This document shows, piece by piece, positions 28,616-41,207 of a stretch of DNA of 64,000 bases. A program made the translations under genes and the position numbers. The stretch comes from Octopus bimaculoides (taxonomy: Eukaryota): the NCBI RefSeq assembly GCF_001194135.2, contig NC_068999.1, forward strand, positions 13,685,905 through 13,749,904, written 5' to 3'. Numbering within the stretch: the stretch's first letter is position 1; each line of letters starts with the position of its first letter. The notes under the pieces are model-generated. The model was not told the origin of the DNA. It did not search any database and saw nothing but the letters and a program-made list of their open reading frames with translations.

Positions 28616-28835
28616 GTACCACTTACTGGACAGATGTGTGATGAACTGTTTCCAGACAATGGCCACAAAATAAAAACAACTATTAACAAGTGAAGAAATA
28701 ATATATTTTCCATGTGTTTATTTGGCACAAACAAAATTACATCAATGTTTCAACACACGATTTCACATCATGAATCTTTGTATATCCGCATAAATGCATC
28801 TCTCTCTCTCTCTCTCAATATATATGTATGTATAT

Positions 28836-29776
28836 NNNNNNNNNNNNNNNNNNNNNNNNNNNNNNNNNNNNNNNNNNNNNNNNNNNNNNNNNNNNNNNNN
28901 NNNNNNNNNNNNNNNNNNNNNNNNNNNNNNNNNNNNNNNNNNNNNNNNNNNNNNNNNNNNNNNNNNNNNNNNNNNNNNNNNNNNNNNNNNNNNNNNNNNN
29001 NNNNNNNNNNNNNNNNNNNNNNNNNNNNNNNNNNNNNNNNNNNNNNNNNNNNNNNNNNNNNNNNNNNNNNNNNNNNNNNNNNNNNNNNNNNNNNNNNNNN
29101 NNNNNNNNNNNNNNNNNNNNNNNNNNNNNNNNNNNNNNNNNNNNNNNNNNNNNNNNNNNNNNNNNNNNNNNNNNNNNNNNNNNNNNNNNNNNNNNNNNNN
29201 NNNNNNNNNNNNNNNNNNNNNNNNNNNNNNNNNNNNNNNNNNNNNNNNNNNNNNNNNNNNNNNNNNNNNNNNNNNNNNNNNNNNNNNNNNNNNNNNNNNN
29301 NNNNNNNNNNNNNNNNNNNNNNNNNNNNNNNNNNNNNNNNNNNNNNNNNNNNNNNNNNNNNNNNNNNNNNNNNNNNNNNNNNNNNNNNNNNNNNNNNNNN
29401 NNNNNNNNNNNNNNNNNNNNNNNNNNNNNNNNNNNNNNNNNNNNNNNNNNNNNNNNNNNNNNNNNNNNNNNNNNNNNNNNNNNNNNNNNNNNNNNNNNNN
29501 NNNNNNNNNNNNNNNNNNNNNNNNNNNNNNNNNNNNNNNNNNNNNNNNNNNNNNNNNNNNNNNNNNNNNNNNNNNNNNNNNNNNNNNNNNNNNNNNNNNN
29601 NNNNNNNNNNNNNNNNNNNNNNNNNNNNNNNNNNNNNNNNNNNNNNNNNNNNNNNNNNNNNNNNNNNNNNNNNNNNNNNNNNNNNNNNNNNNNNNNNNNN
29701 NNNNNNNNNNNNNNNNNNNNNNNNNNNNNNNNNNNNNNNNNNNNNNNNNNNNNNNNNNNNNNNNNNNNNNNNNNNN
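28836..29776. other. Assembly gap (N-run), largest in the window
   Basis: n-run with TA edges. Confidence 0.99.
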
Positions 29777-29947
29777 TATATTGTAGTATATGACGCGTGT
29801 GTATGTTTTTCTGCAAATGTATGTGTGCTAAATATTCTTTACTAATTGTCGATTTATTGTTTAGCATTAACCTCCTGACAAACCTGTAGAAGATATAGCA
29901 CCAACAGTAATTATACTAACATAAATACGTCGACACTGAACATTATT

Positions 29948-30112
29948 GGAAGTTTTCCATTATAGGCAACTGATATTACATATATATTCACATAAATATA
30001 ACTGTACCGTTAATCAAAACATTACAGATAGAATATTGTTCAGGTGTCTGGAAAACATGTATCGGTGTCAATATCTCAAGCACTGTTTTATTGACAGCTA
30101 ATGTCTTGGCTC
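29948..30112 (+). repeat. Diverged direct repeat, copy 2 (partner at 28465-28615)
   Basis: See copy 1; this copy carries about 30 extra nt internally. Confidence 0.75.
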
Positions 30113-32134
30113 CTTCCAGTAATTTCCTAGTCATTCCGTTTAATATGCGCTTCTTCTTGTATAGTGCAAATAGCAGCGAATAAGATTCAATCTTATTCTT
30201 AGCTAAGAGTACTTGTAAATAACATTTAATATGAATTCTTCATATTTGTTCTATATAACGTTTTGCTAAGCTATCACTAACAATAACTGAAAAGGAAGCC
30301 TAAAATTTACGTCAGGAGATGATTATTCACTTTTTTTTTTTTTAATGCCTAATGTGATATATAGAGATTCTACTGTCAGAAATTTATTATACAACCAAAT
30401 TAGTATTCCGCTTCTGTAGTCATGGAATAAAGGAGTATGATGTGCATGGTTATGTTAATATTCTCCACACGCTATATTCTGCAAGTGTTTAAATGTAACT
30501 TTGATAAATATATTGAAATGTATCGAAAATGTTATTCAGTAGCGTAATAATAAGTTTTGGGGATATTCTTCATTGGAATGTGTTCATTATACGATTGCAG
30601 CCGATACATAACTCAGACCACGATTCAAATAATTCAACTATCAAAATATCATAAGTTCATATGAACACTAGGAACTGACACCGCTTTGTGGTGTCATGTC
30701 AAATATACGCATCCATCAACTTCGAATTCCAAAAGAGAGTTCGTGTGTAAATTGTTTAGTTAGGAAACGCTCATCTGAAATTCAGAGCATTGTGAAGATA
30801 ATATATTTTTGTTTTGCACAACATAAGTTTATGAAAAATATGTCATGTTTATGTTGTTCATTAGATATCTTCAGAGGAGAGTTGTTTTGCAAATCTACGC
30901 AATCTGAATTAGATTCCTTTATATCAATTCTTTGTAGCTCAAGAAATCCGTGATACGTTACACACACTGGCGCACGCACAGACACAGACGCACACATATA
31001 GAAATATATAGTTTACAGTTCCATCATAGGTAGGATGAACAATAATGCAATGCCTCCGGTTTAAGACGAAATCATTTCACATATACGAATTTCAATATAG
31101 CTGGTAATAAGTTCATGTTTGAAAGGTAGAATAATCTGACTAGTACGAGATACCATGTATCTTCAACAAGTATATACAAATAGTGCTTTACTAGGAGACT
31201 GTTACTCTTTTCCTCCAATGCAAATTAGGTATCAACATATGGATGAACATGTTAAATTTTAAAACTTCTGTGAGAATTTCAAAACACAACCACAAAATTA
31301 GCCTCATATCTTATAATAAATGCTTATTTTCGTTAACGTAAACAATTTATTATAACAACACCTTTGTGTTTTCTCTGTTACAACATAAAAGGGAGAAAGG
31401 AATCGATGATAGATTAATAAGGAAGTGGGGCGGTAATGGCAATCTTAGTAGTGGGATGATGGAAAGTATGCTAAGATAAAAAGAGAGAATGAAACAATGC
31501 TTTAACTAAGTGTGAGTATATGTGTGTGTGTGTAAATGGGAGGTATGTGAATGTTTATGCGTGTGTCAGTGTGTGTCAGTGTGTGTATGTGTGTATAATG
31601 GGATAGATATGGTGAACTTTCAACCGCTGAAAAGAAAATTGAAACTGGCTTTCAACTCTATGTAAGTCTATGCGTGTGCGTGTACAAGGGAACTATGTGA
31701 ACGTTTATATCTGTGAAACAGCGTCCTTTCAGTAACAAACAATTATCGATGACAAATGTCAAAACACAAACACTACATAACATTCAGTTTATTAATTTGA
31801 GTCATCATCCATATTCTATCTTTTGTCATTATTAACCGTATTGTTGAGAGCATTGGGCCAGCTACTATAAGTATATATCACTTAGTAATAAAGTAACGAA
31901 CTTAGGAAAAATATAATATAAATAAATTACTGGATTGTCAATAGTATCTCTCCTTTTTAATTTATCTTTATCACTTAATAATATAAAATAAAATCCAAAT
32001 CATTATCTCCTCTACTGCAGTTATACCAGATGGAGAGTATCCGATATTTCATGAATAGTCCATAACCATGCATATTTGTATGCATATGGCTCATATGCAT
32101 AGGGGTGAATAAAATGCAAATAATTATGTATGTA

Positions 32135-32166
<32 letters not shown>

Positions 32167-32191
32167 TGTGTGTGTGTCTGTGTGTATGTGT

Positions 32192-32568
32192 GGAGTTGCA
32201 ATAGCCCAGTGGTTAGGGCAGCGGATTCGCGGTCGTAGGATCGCGGTTTCGATTCACAGACCGGGCATGGTGAATGTTTATTGAACGTAAACACCTAAAG
32301 TTACACGAGGCTACGGCAGGGGATGGTGGTTAACCCTGTTGTACTCTTTCACCACAATTTTCTTTCATTCTTTCCTCCTATTTCTGTTTCACCTTTATTT
32401 GAAAGTGCCAGTTTTGTCACACTCTGTGTCACGGTGAATCTCACCGAGAACTATGTTAAGGGTACACATGTCTCTGGAGTGCTTAGCCACTTGCACGTCA
32501 ATTTCACGAGCAGGCTGTTCCGTTGATCGGAACAACTGGAACCCTCGTCGTAACCGACGGAGTTCCAA
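32192..32568 (+). mobile_element. tRNA(Arg)-derived SINE, full length (probably octopus OR-type)
   Basis: Pol III A-box TAGCCCAGTGG (32202-32212), anticodon-like TCG in gcggattcgcggtc, B-box GGTTTCGATTC (32245-32255), then about 300 nt of non-tRNA body ending ...ccctcgtcgtaaccgacggagttccaa. It sits between microsatellites. Confidence 0.88.
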
Positions 32569-32584
32569 ATATATATACATACAT

Positions 32585-32629
<45 letters not shown>

Positions 32630-33010
32630 NNNNNNNNNNNNNNNNNNNNNNNNNNNNNNNNNNNNNNNNNNNNNNNNNNNNNNNNNNNNNNNNNNNNNNN
32701 NNNNNNNNNNNNNNNNNNNNNNNNNNNNNNNNNNNNNNNNNNNNNNNNNNNNNNNNNNNNNNNNNNNNNNNNNNNNNNNNNNNNNNNNNNNNNNNNNNNN
32801 NNNNNNNNNNNNNNNNNNNNNNNNNNNNNNNNNNNNNNNNNNNNNNNNNNNNNNNNNNNNNNNNNNNNNNNNNNNNNNNNNNNNNNNNNNNNNNNNNNNN
32901 NNNNNNNNNNNNNNNNNNNNNNNNNNNNNNNNNNNNNNNNNNNNNNNNNNNNNNNNNNNNNNNNNNNNNNNNNNNNNNNNNNNNNNNNNNNNNNNNNNNN
33001 NNNNNNNNNN
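32630..33010. other. Assembly gap (N-run)
   Basis: n-run with (TA)n edges. Confidence 0.99.
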
Positions 33011-33553
33011 TATATATAAAGATAATTTATATCGCGTGTGTTTGCGTATGCTTATCTGTGAGTGAACTTGTGCGTTTGTGATAATGGCAGTGCGTCACGT
33101 GTTTAAGTTCGATATAACTCAGCTTTGGACAGTTGAATATAAAACTATTCTAAATATAAAAGCCCCACCGAGACCAGAACTTGACACTCTGTAAATATTG
33201 TGTTGATAAAATTATTATGCAGGTATAAATGTTCGCAATTTAACATGTATATACGAGGACACATAGATGCATATTTTCTTATAAAAATGTGTGTATTATA
33301 TATTTTGAAAGCTCTTGGCAAATCTATGCATGAATATTTGATTCGATAAACAATGAAAAGGTATTTCTCATAACTAGGTCGTTGAAAGAAAACAAGCGGA
33401 ACTATTTAGGTATGTGTCTTTTAGGTTAATAGTATATACGAGATCTATACGTAAACACGCAGAAGGTTCTTTTGCGTACTTTAAATGCATGACTGTGAAA
33501 CTCCTGAACATTCGATTAGATATCGAAAACAAATCGATATTTAGAAATAAAAT

Positions 33554-33695
33554 AAGATGGTAGAACTCTTAATAGGCTGGACAAAGTTTTTATCGGCATT
33601 TCATTAGTCTTTATCCTCTCAGTTCCAATTTATCCGAGCTCAAGTTTTCCTTTCTTCTGAGGGTTGATGTAATCGACTTGGCCGTCCTCAATCGG
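33554..33695 (+). mobile_element. SINE family A, diverged copy with internal deletion
   Basis: gatggtagaactcttaataggctggacaaagtttttatcggcatttc...tcagttccaatttatccgagctcaagttttcctttc...gggttgatgtaatcgact. Confidence 0.65.
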
Positions 33696-34471
33696 ATACT
33701 TAGAAATAAAAGTTTAAATTAATATATGTTATAAATGACTAATTTGACAGTTGGACAATTGGTTATATAGCACTAAGTGTTAATCTGTAACGAAAATCTA
33801 CATATTACTTACGATGAAATAATGTTTTCTAATATGTATGTTCTAAGCGATGAAGTGATCTATAATTATGGCATTGTATAATGACATCCATTTGTGTAAA
33901 TGAATTATGCTAGAAGATAAATGAAGGTAATTTTCAGCTATTCAATGTTTCCGAACAAATCTGTCTTAATCAGACAACGCATACAGATGTTTCAGCATTT
34001 CAGCTGAAGAAAACAACTACGATTATAAAATGCAATAAGGTTAATAAGTTGCAGGAAGACATGTACCATTTTACCAGCAGGACAGTAATGCCACAGAGAA
34101 ATAATTTATGAATAATTTGTATAACCTTCATTTGCAATTACATCTCATATCTATTTCACATAATTTAAATAAGTAGAGATATATATTTGTGTACACCAAT
34201 ATTAAAGGCCATCGTTCAATGACCAAATTAAGCTTTTATGTAAATTTAAGCATTTAGAACTTGTCCTATTTAAATTGAAAGAAAAACGCGATAGCATTTA
34301 TTTAATACAAACAATCAACAGACTTACGTACACAAGTAAGATCAAATTGGAATTAAAATATAACATCTTTCGCTAAAATGCAGAGGAATACATAAACTAT
34401 AAATATCTATTAAACAAAAATACAAGCACGTCATTGTTACATTTTTCTATTTAATATTAAGCGTATAACAG

Positions 34472-34687
34472 AAGGCGCCGAACAGGCCACATCGTTGTCA
34501 TCCCAGGCAAAATGCATTGAGGGATTTCGTCTGTATTTACTATCTGAGATCAAGTTACATCGAGCTTGTTACTTCTTTTTATCTTTTCAGGGTCGACTAA
34601 AAAGATACCAGTCGAACACTGATGCTCAATGTAATCGATATATCTCCCTCACTCCGAATTTTCTGGCGTTCGCCACAATTTGAAATC
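34472..34687 (+). mobile_element. SINE family A, diverged full-length copy
   Basis: Head aaggcgccgaacaggccacatcgttgtcatcccaggcaaaatgc, core atcttttcagggtcgactaaaaagatacca, tail ccctcactccgaattttctggc. Confidence 0.75.
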
Positions 34688-34777
34688 AATATTAGGTGTT
34701 CCCATGATAGGACTATTGCTAGATTGAAGCAATTCCTGAAATGCTAGAACGGATGACTCGAATCTATCACGCAAGAA

Positions 34778-34985
34778 TACGGCTGCGGCTGATAGAATCA
34801 TTAACATGACGAGCAAAATGCTTAGCGGCATTTCGTCCACCTTCACTTTCTGAGTTCAAATTCGGCTGAGTTCGACTTTTCTTCTTATCCTTTCAGGGTC
34901 GAGGCAATAGGTATCTACCAAGAACTGCTTTCGTGCAATCGAAGTACCACTACTCTGAAATTACTCGCCCTGTGACAAAATCTTA
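34778..34985 (+). mobile_element. SINE family A, diverged full-length copy in tandem with the previous one
   Basis: gagcaaaatgcttagcggcatttcgtcc...ttctgagttcaaattcggctgagttcgactttt...atcctttcagggtcga. Confidence 0.82.
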
Positions 34986-36084
34986 AGCCTATATTACGCA
35001 TATAAATAAAACAGCACGCAAGCGCATAATATATAGATTGATATAGAATACATACATATAAGCGTGTGTGTGTGGTGTGGAGGTGTGGATATGTGTATGG
35101 TTACTTGGGTGGGGTAAGTATGTACCTACACACACATTGTTCATCAGGCGATAAATCGATTAAGACGAATTATATAAGTTTAATTCTCCTTTAGCGGACA
35201 GTTAGAGTGAAATAACTTTTGTTGATTTCAACACGCTGAACACTATATTTTAAACAAGTACAATATTTTCTATTGTCTGAGAGTCTATTCTTTTCTATGC
35301 CCATATATATTATATTTGTTTCTATCTATTTATTGGGATAATTTACTTTCTTGTGATGTTTCTGTTTTCGTGCGAACATGCTGCGATTCCGGCAGATTTA
35401 CTAATTTTTCTGATTTTACCGTAATATATTTCCGGACGAAATATATCTTCAGAATAATGAATAGTGAAAAATTGGTTATAGGAAAATGTCATGTTTCATT
35501 TATATACCATAAATACCATTTAAATACTTTCAAAGATGCTGTTGTATTTCCATTATCACCTCCTAACAAATGCTATGTTTGGAACAATATAAAGTACTTC
35601 TTGAAAAATTATGTTACAGATTCAGGAGCAGTTTTTCGACCATTATGATTATATTTTCACTAATGACGATTCTTAAAAGAAGCACGTAGAACCAAATCAA
35701 ATACGATGTTCCTCAACAATATGGGTGATCATTAATGATGAAATCGTATTCGATTACTATGAGAGAGAGCTTTAAAAAGAGAAACTCAGAGGTGAAATTT
35801 GGAATCTGCCTTCACATTCAATGATTTTATCTCATTAAAAAACATGTTTTATTGCATGTTTTCACTACGCATCACCTGAAAACTCAAAGTTCGTAGATCT
35901 TTGCTCTCCTTTCAATGCATTTGCTGTTCAATGCCGAATCTCCCGCTTATTAAATATATTCAGTTGTACGAATTCCTCTCCTTCTAGAAGCAATGATCAT
36001 GACTACGACGAGGACGACGACGAAGATGACAACGACGATAATGATCTTGATGAGGAAGATCATGTGCTATCTTAGAAGGAGAAC

Positions 36085-36200
36085 GGAGATTTGGAAAACT
36101 GGGTTTATTTGATTATTTTCGACCCGTGTACTTTATTTTATTGTCCTCCAGTTATGAAATTTAAAGTCAATTTCAGCGCAGGTCTGAAGGCAAAATCGTG
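36085..36200 (-). mobile_element. SINE family A, heavily decayed copy between two (GAY)n fields
   Basis: gattattttcgacccg..tactttattttattgtcctccagttatgaaatttaaagtcaatttcagcg aligns to gattacatcgacccc...tacttattttatcgaccccgaaaggatgaaaggcaaagtcgacctcggcg. Confidence 0.5.
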
Positions 36201-36562
36201 TCTAACACATTTGCAAACCTTTCAATCCTCTTCCTTCGATGATGACAATGACGACAACGACGACGACGACGATGATGATGATGATGATGACAACGGTGAC
36301 CACGACGACGACGATTCGAATTAATGCTAAGAAGCCATCAGGCTTAAGCTTTATTCGTTTGTCAATACATTCCACCCCAGTACCTGAAAAATACTTTATA
36401 TTAGAACCCGTACATACATGAAACGCAATGTTAAAGTTCGTAAATTTGGAACTCGAAACGTAAAATATCACTTTAATTGCACTGTCAATATATTATATTT
36501 TGAATGGTTCTTACGTCATATTGTCATTCTCCAGTTCATTTAGCGCGCGTACAATTTTTCTC

Positions 36563-36573
36563 ATTATGTAGAC

Positions 36574-36666
<93 letters not shown>

Positions 36667-36668
36667 TA

Positions 36669-36737
<69 letters not shown>
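36563..36737. repeat. (GATA)n-(TA)n-(GATA)n compound microsatellite
   Basis: Direct reading. Confidence 0.97.
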
Positions 36738-37134
36738 GTTGGTGTTATGAACCTTTTAGAGAAAAAACGTGTTCTTCACTGAATGTGAAATTATAACGAA
36801 ATGTTTTATTTTTTAAATGCGGCATACGTAATCACGTAAATAAAGAAGAAATGCTAAGAGTCCTTCATGATTTTTTGTTTTATTTCTTTAAAATGTTTCT
36901 TCATTTGCAGAAATGGACGCGATTAAACGACCTTTATGTTAATTAATTAACGATTAGACTGAAAATTATCGGATGAATATGATTCGGTTATGTTCTTGCG
37001 GCTATTTATCAACATGCTTAATAGCGTTTAACGGGATGCAGAAACCGTACAACCACAGGATTTCCAAAGATACCAATTAATATGGACGCAATCAAAGAAG
37101 ATTTAGATATGAGTTGAATATAAAATTTATCATT

Positions 37135-37560
37135 AGGTACTGACATGGCCGTGTTGCTTAAGACATTCACTTTGAAACTATGTTTTCTCGCGTTCAGTCC
37201 CACTGCTTGAAACATTCGACAGCGGTTCTGACCAAACAAATTTATACCCGTACACACATATATAAAATCTCACTTGGTGGGAATGTCTCGTTCTGTTGTG
37301 ATTTATAGACGTCTATATGTAATTGTGTGTGCGCGTGTGTATCTTGTGTGTGTGCTTCATTGTGCATGCGTCTGTGTATGTACGTTTGATCCACTATTGC
37401 TTGACAGTCGGTATTTGTTCGTAAAATAACGGTAATGGTTAGAAAACGGCGAAAGAGTATATACCGTTAACAAAAGGTATAGGTATTGACTTGTCCAACT
37501 CAACACTACAAGGCACTGCTCCAGATTGGCTGGGGAGCAATGAATGGAAGAAGTAGAAAA
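37135..37560 (+). mobile_element. SINE family B (internal microsatellite), old copy
   Basis: catggccgtgttgcttaagac head, gttcagtcccactgc B-box region, decayed (TG) middle, attgcttgacagtcgg and ggcactgctccag...aagtagaaaa tail; co-linear with 50107-50568. Confidence 0.65.
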
Positions 37561-37854
37561 TGCAAAAAAGAAGATATTACTGTAACCATACTGTCCACAC
37601 CTACGCAACCTTGAAAGTATAACGTATTAAATGGTAGTGTTTACATGCAAACATGCAAATCAAGATTAGATTTATGAGTTACAGTCGAGTCATTTCAGCT
37701 CTGGTTTTAGAATTATGTCTAACTTTGGCAGTAATATTGACAGAATTTCTCTCAGCTCTCCTTTTATGATAAGAGTTGATAATGTTAGTATCACAGAAAT
37801 AAATTATATGGGTACGAGCAGAAGAATGATGGCAACAGGCAATTCTCAAGAACA

Positions 37855-38445
37855 TAGGAAATCATGATGATGATGAGGAGGAGAAGGTGCAGCAGGAGGT
37901 GGAGATTGAGGATGATGATTACGATAACGATGATTAAGTATGAAAACAGCAATGTTAAATATGACGACGTGGTAAAAGGTGGCGATCTTCGCAGTCATGA
38001 CGGTGTCGGTCATGGCTGTGGTAGAGGCGGTGGTAATGCTCTTAAGCGGGAATGTGCTGTTGCTATTCGTGGCTGTAGTATTGGTGGTGGTGTAGGTTAT
38101 GGCTAAGGAAACATCGACGGTGGTTATGACGACGGCTACAACAAAAATGGTGTTGATGTTCTTGATGATTATGATGGTGTTTGTGACGATAGCCGGCGTG
38201 ATTACTTTCACCAACCTCATCACTAGTTTTCTTCATCTTCTTTATCCCGATCATGATCGATGATGATGAGGAGGAGGATAGCAAGGAAACAAATGTACAG
38301 GAAAAATATATGACTGTTACATGGATGGTGATAATTATCAATGTAGAGTGGAATGGCGAATTGTATTGATGTTGATGACTAGGATGATAATTATCACGAC
38401 GATCAGGATTATGAACATCATTATGAATAACCAAAACGAATTTAC
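37855..38445. repeat. Degenerate three-periodic low-complexity field (GAT/GGT/GAG-derived)
   Basis: Cryptic triplet periodicity, e.g. gatgatgattacgataacgatgat, ggtggtggtgtaggttatgg. Confidence 0.7.
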
Positions 38446-38788
38446 AGAAACAAATTCTATAAAAAAAACATTTTAACAAATATCTGCGAAATAATACTTA
38501 AGTACAAAAAAAAATAGAGAAATATGCTTTGCCATTGGGCCTTTAAATTACACGAAGAAAAAATATTGCACAGGACTAAGTCGGTAATTTGATTCCATTC
38601 CAAAGACTCAGACAATAGAATTAATGAAATTCTGCAGGCCAATTCCAACAGAACAATACCAGGTTTCTCGCATAGGAGTTAAATTTTCAATTTGACTCCA
38701 AGCATTAACATTTTTTTTTTCCTTTTTGCTTTTAATTTTCTTTTAAATTAAACATTTATGTCTTCTTTTTAACATGAAATATGTATCC

Positions 38789-38790
<2 letters not shown>

Positions 38791-38822
<32 letters not shown>

Positions 38823-38878
38823 TTAATAATAATAATAATAACAGCAACAACAAAAACAACAACAACGACGACGACGAC

Positions 38879-38925
<47 letters not shown>

Positions 38926-39088
38926 CGACGACGACGACGATGATGGTGATCATGATGATTATTATACTACTAAAAATAATGATGATTATAATGATAAACA
39001 TATTAATAATGTGAACATAGATAACAGCAGTAACAAGAACAAATCCACTACCACCACCACCAACAGCAACACCAATAACAACAACAAT

Positions 39089-39162
<74 letters not shown>
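38791..39162. repeat. Compound triplet array (AAT)-(AAC)-(GAC)-(GAT)...(AAT)n
   Basis: Direct reading. Confidence 0.95.
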
Positions 39163-39163
<1 letters not shown>

Positions 39164-40020
39164 TCAGTAATGATTTTGCACATCACCAATGTCGGTAGAA
39201 TCAGTTTGGGTTATGGCTGATATTAATAATAGCAATGCAGTCAATGTTATTAACAAAAGCATCATCTCTAACATTACCACAGCTACACAGTCTGCATTAT
39301 GAAACCCAGAGTCGCTATAACCAGCAATAATTTATATAACACAAAAAGCAATTAATATCATCATCGTCATCATCTTTAGTGTGTGCAGCAGATTACCACT
39401 CCCACTATGAACCTAGGATTACCACTACAACTACATCATCTTCTATACTACCACGAGCTACAGTTTCTCCATTCTCTTTGCCATCAAAATGCCATCAATA
39501 ATTGCAGTGTTAACAACAAAACCAATTCTATGAATTTGGAAAACTGCAAAACCAAACATTCACTCGTCAGTACTTTCACCGAAGTTCCCTAACAAGATTC
39601 TATCGTCAAAATCGTGTCAAAAACCAATAGCACGTAAGGCGTACATCACCGCACATCCCTTCGTGAAAATCTCGAATCTCACCAGCAGGATCATTAACAC
39701 GACCATGAAGTGCACATCCACCTCTACCGTCAACAACGCCATCACAATCATTATCAGTGCCCTCTCTCTCCCCGCTTCCTGAATAGCTCTGTCAGAACTA
39801 CTGCCAAGATTCTAATTACAATTATTACAATGCAACCACTACAAAAAATACAAGGAGATAAATCAAAGAACACTGAAATCACTGTTCATACAACAAGGAG
39901 ACATCAATCTGCGATGGACAATATGATACTGTGTATATTGTAGTACTTGTTATGAAATAAATGTTGGTGATTATTTAAAGAATAATTATCAGCCCGATAA
40001 TGTGAGCTAAATAATATTTG

Positions 40021-40162
40021 TTTCTACTCTAGGCACAAGGCCCGAAATTTTGGGAGAGGAGGCTGTCGATTAGATCGACCCCAGAATGTAACAGGTACTT
40101 AATTTATCGACCCCGAAAGGATAAAAAGGCAAAATCGACTTCGGCGGAATTTGAACTCAGAG
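40021..40162 (-). mobile_element. SINE family A, 5-prime-truncated, well conserved copy
   Basis: tttctactctaggcacaaggcccgaaattttgggagaggaggctgtcgattagatcgacccc...ggtacttaatttatcgaccccgaaaggataaaaaggcaaaatcgacttcggcggaatttgaactcag. Confidence 0.9.
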
Positions 40163-40354
40163 ATGGCACTAAACCTTTAATTCATTTACTTCCGCTAAAA
40201 TAAAGTAAAAATCAAGTAAAGGATTTCATGAAATTAACTTATCTGCCCCCTAAATTTGCTAACGCCGTGCTAGATTTGGAAAGTATCAATGTTATTACAG
40301 TTGATCTTGTACCAAAATTTGTAAGTCATATTATTATTTTTCTTGTGTTCACCA

Positions 40355-40356
40355 TT

Positions 40357-40424
<68 letters not shown>

Positions 40425-40449
40425 TAGCAGCAGCAGGGTTTATTATTAC

Positions 40450-40546
<97 letters not shown>
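40355..40546. repeat. Compound triplet array (CAT)-(CAG)-(TAT)-(TAG)n
   Basis: Direct reading. Confidence 0.96.
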
Positions 40547-40547
<1 letters not shown>

Positions 40548-40975
40548 AAACGATGGGGACGATGCTGGGGAGGAAGGGGTGAATAAAACATAATAGTAGT
40601 TATAATGGTTAAACAGTTATACCATTTGGTAGTTATGATTGCTAAATAGATAGTTATATAATCAGATAGTTGTGGTAGTTGAAGAGACGCAATTGTGTTG
40701 TTGCATCCCTGCTAGTCGTAGCTGTAGCAGTAGGAGGGTATGGTTATACAAAGCCATGTAGAAAATTCTACATCGTATCAATTACCTATACATACAAGCA
40801 TATAGGACAAGTGTTCCACAATCATTACGGCATAAATCATACACGATCTGTAGTTCTATACACATGGGTGTATAGTTTTACGTGTGTTTGGGTGTGTGTT
40901 TGGGTGTGTGTTTGTATCTGTATACACACACTCACACACACACATATATATGTATATATATATATATATATATAT

Positions 40976-41207
40976 NNNNNNNNNNNNNNNNNNNNNNNNN
41001 NNNNNNNNNNNNNNNNNNNNNNNNNNNNNNNNNNNNNNNNNNNNNNNNNNNNNNNNNNNNNNNNNNNNNNNNNNNNNNNNNNNNNNNNNNNNNNNNNNNN
41101 NNNNNNNNNNNNNNNNNNNNNNNNNNNNNNNNNNNNNNNNNNNNNNNNNNNNNNNNNNNNNNNNNNNNNNNNNNNNNNNNNNNNNNNNNNNNNNNNNNNN
41201 NNNNNNN
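40976..41207. other. Assembly gap (N-run)
   Basis: n-run with (TA)n edges. Confidence 0.99.

Noticed and set aside
32192-32265. tRNA-Arg gene
   Set aside because: A- and B-boxes are present, but the acceptor stem does not close and the sequence continues into a 300-nt SINE body without a Pol III T-run terminator. The same applies to the other SINE heads.
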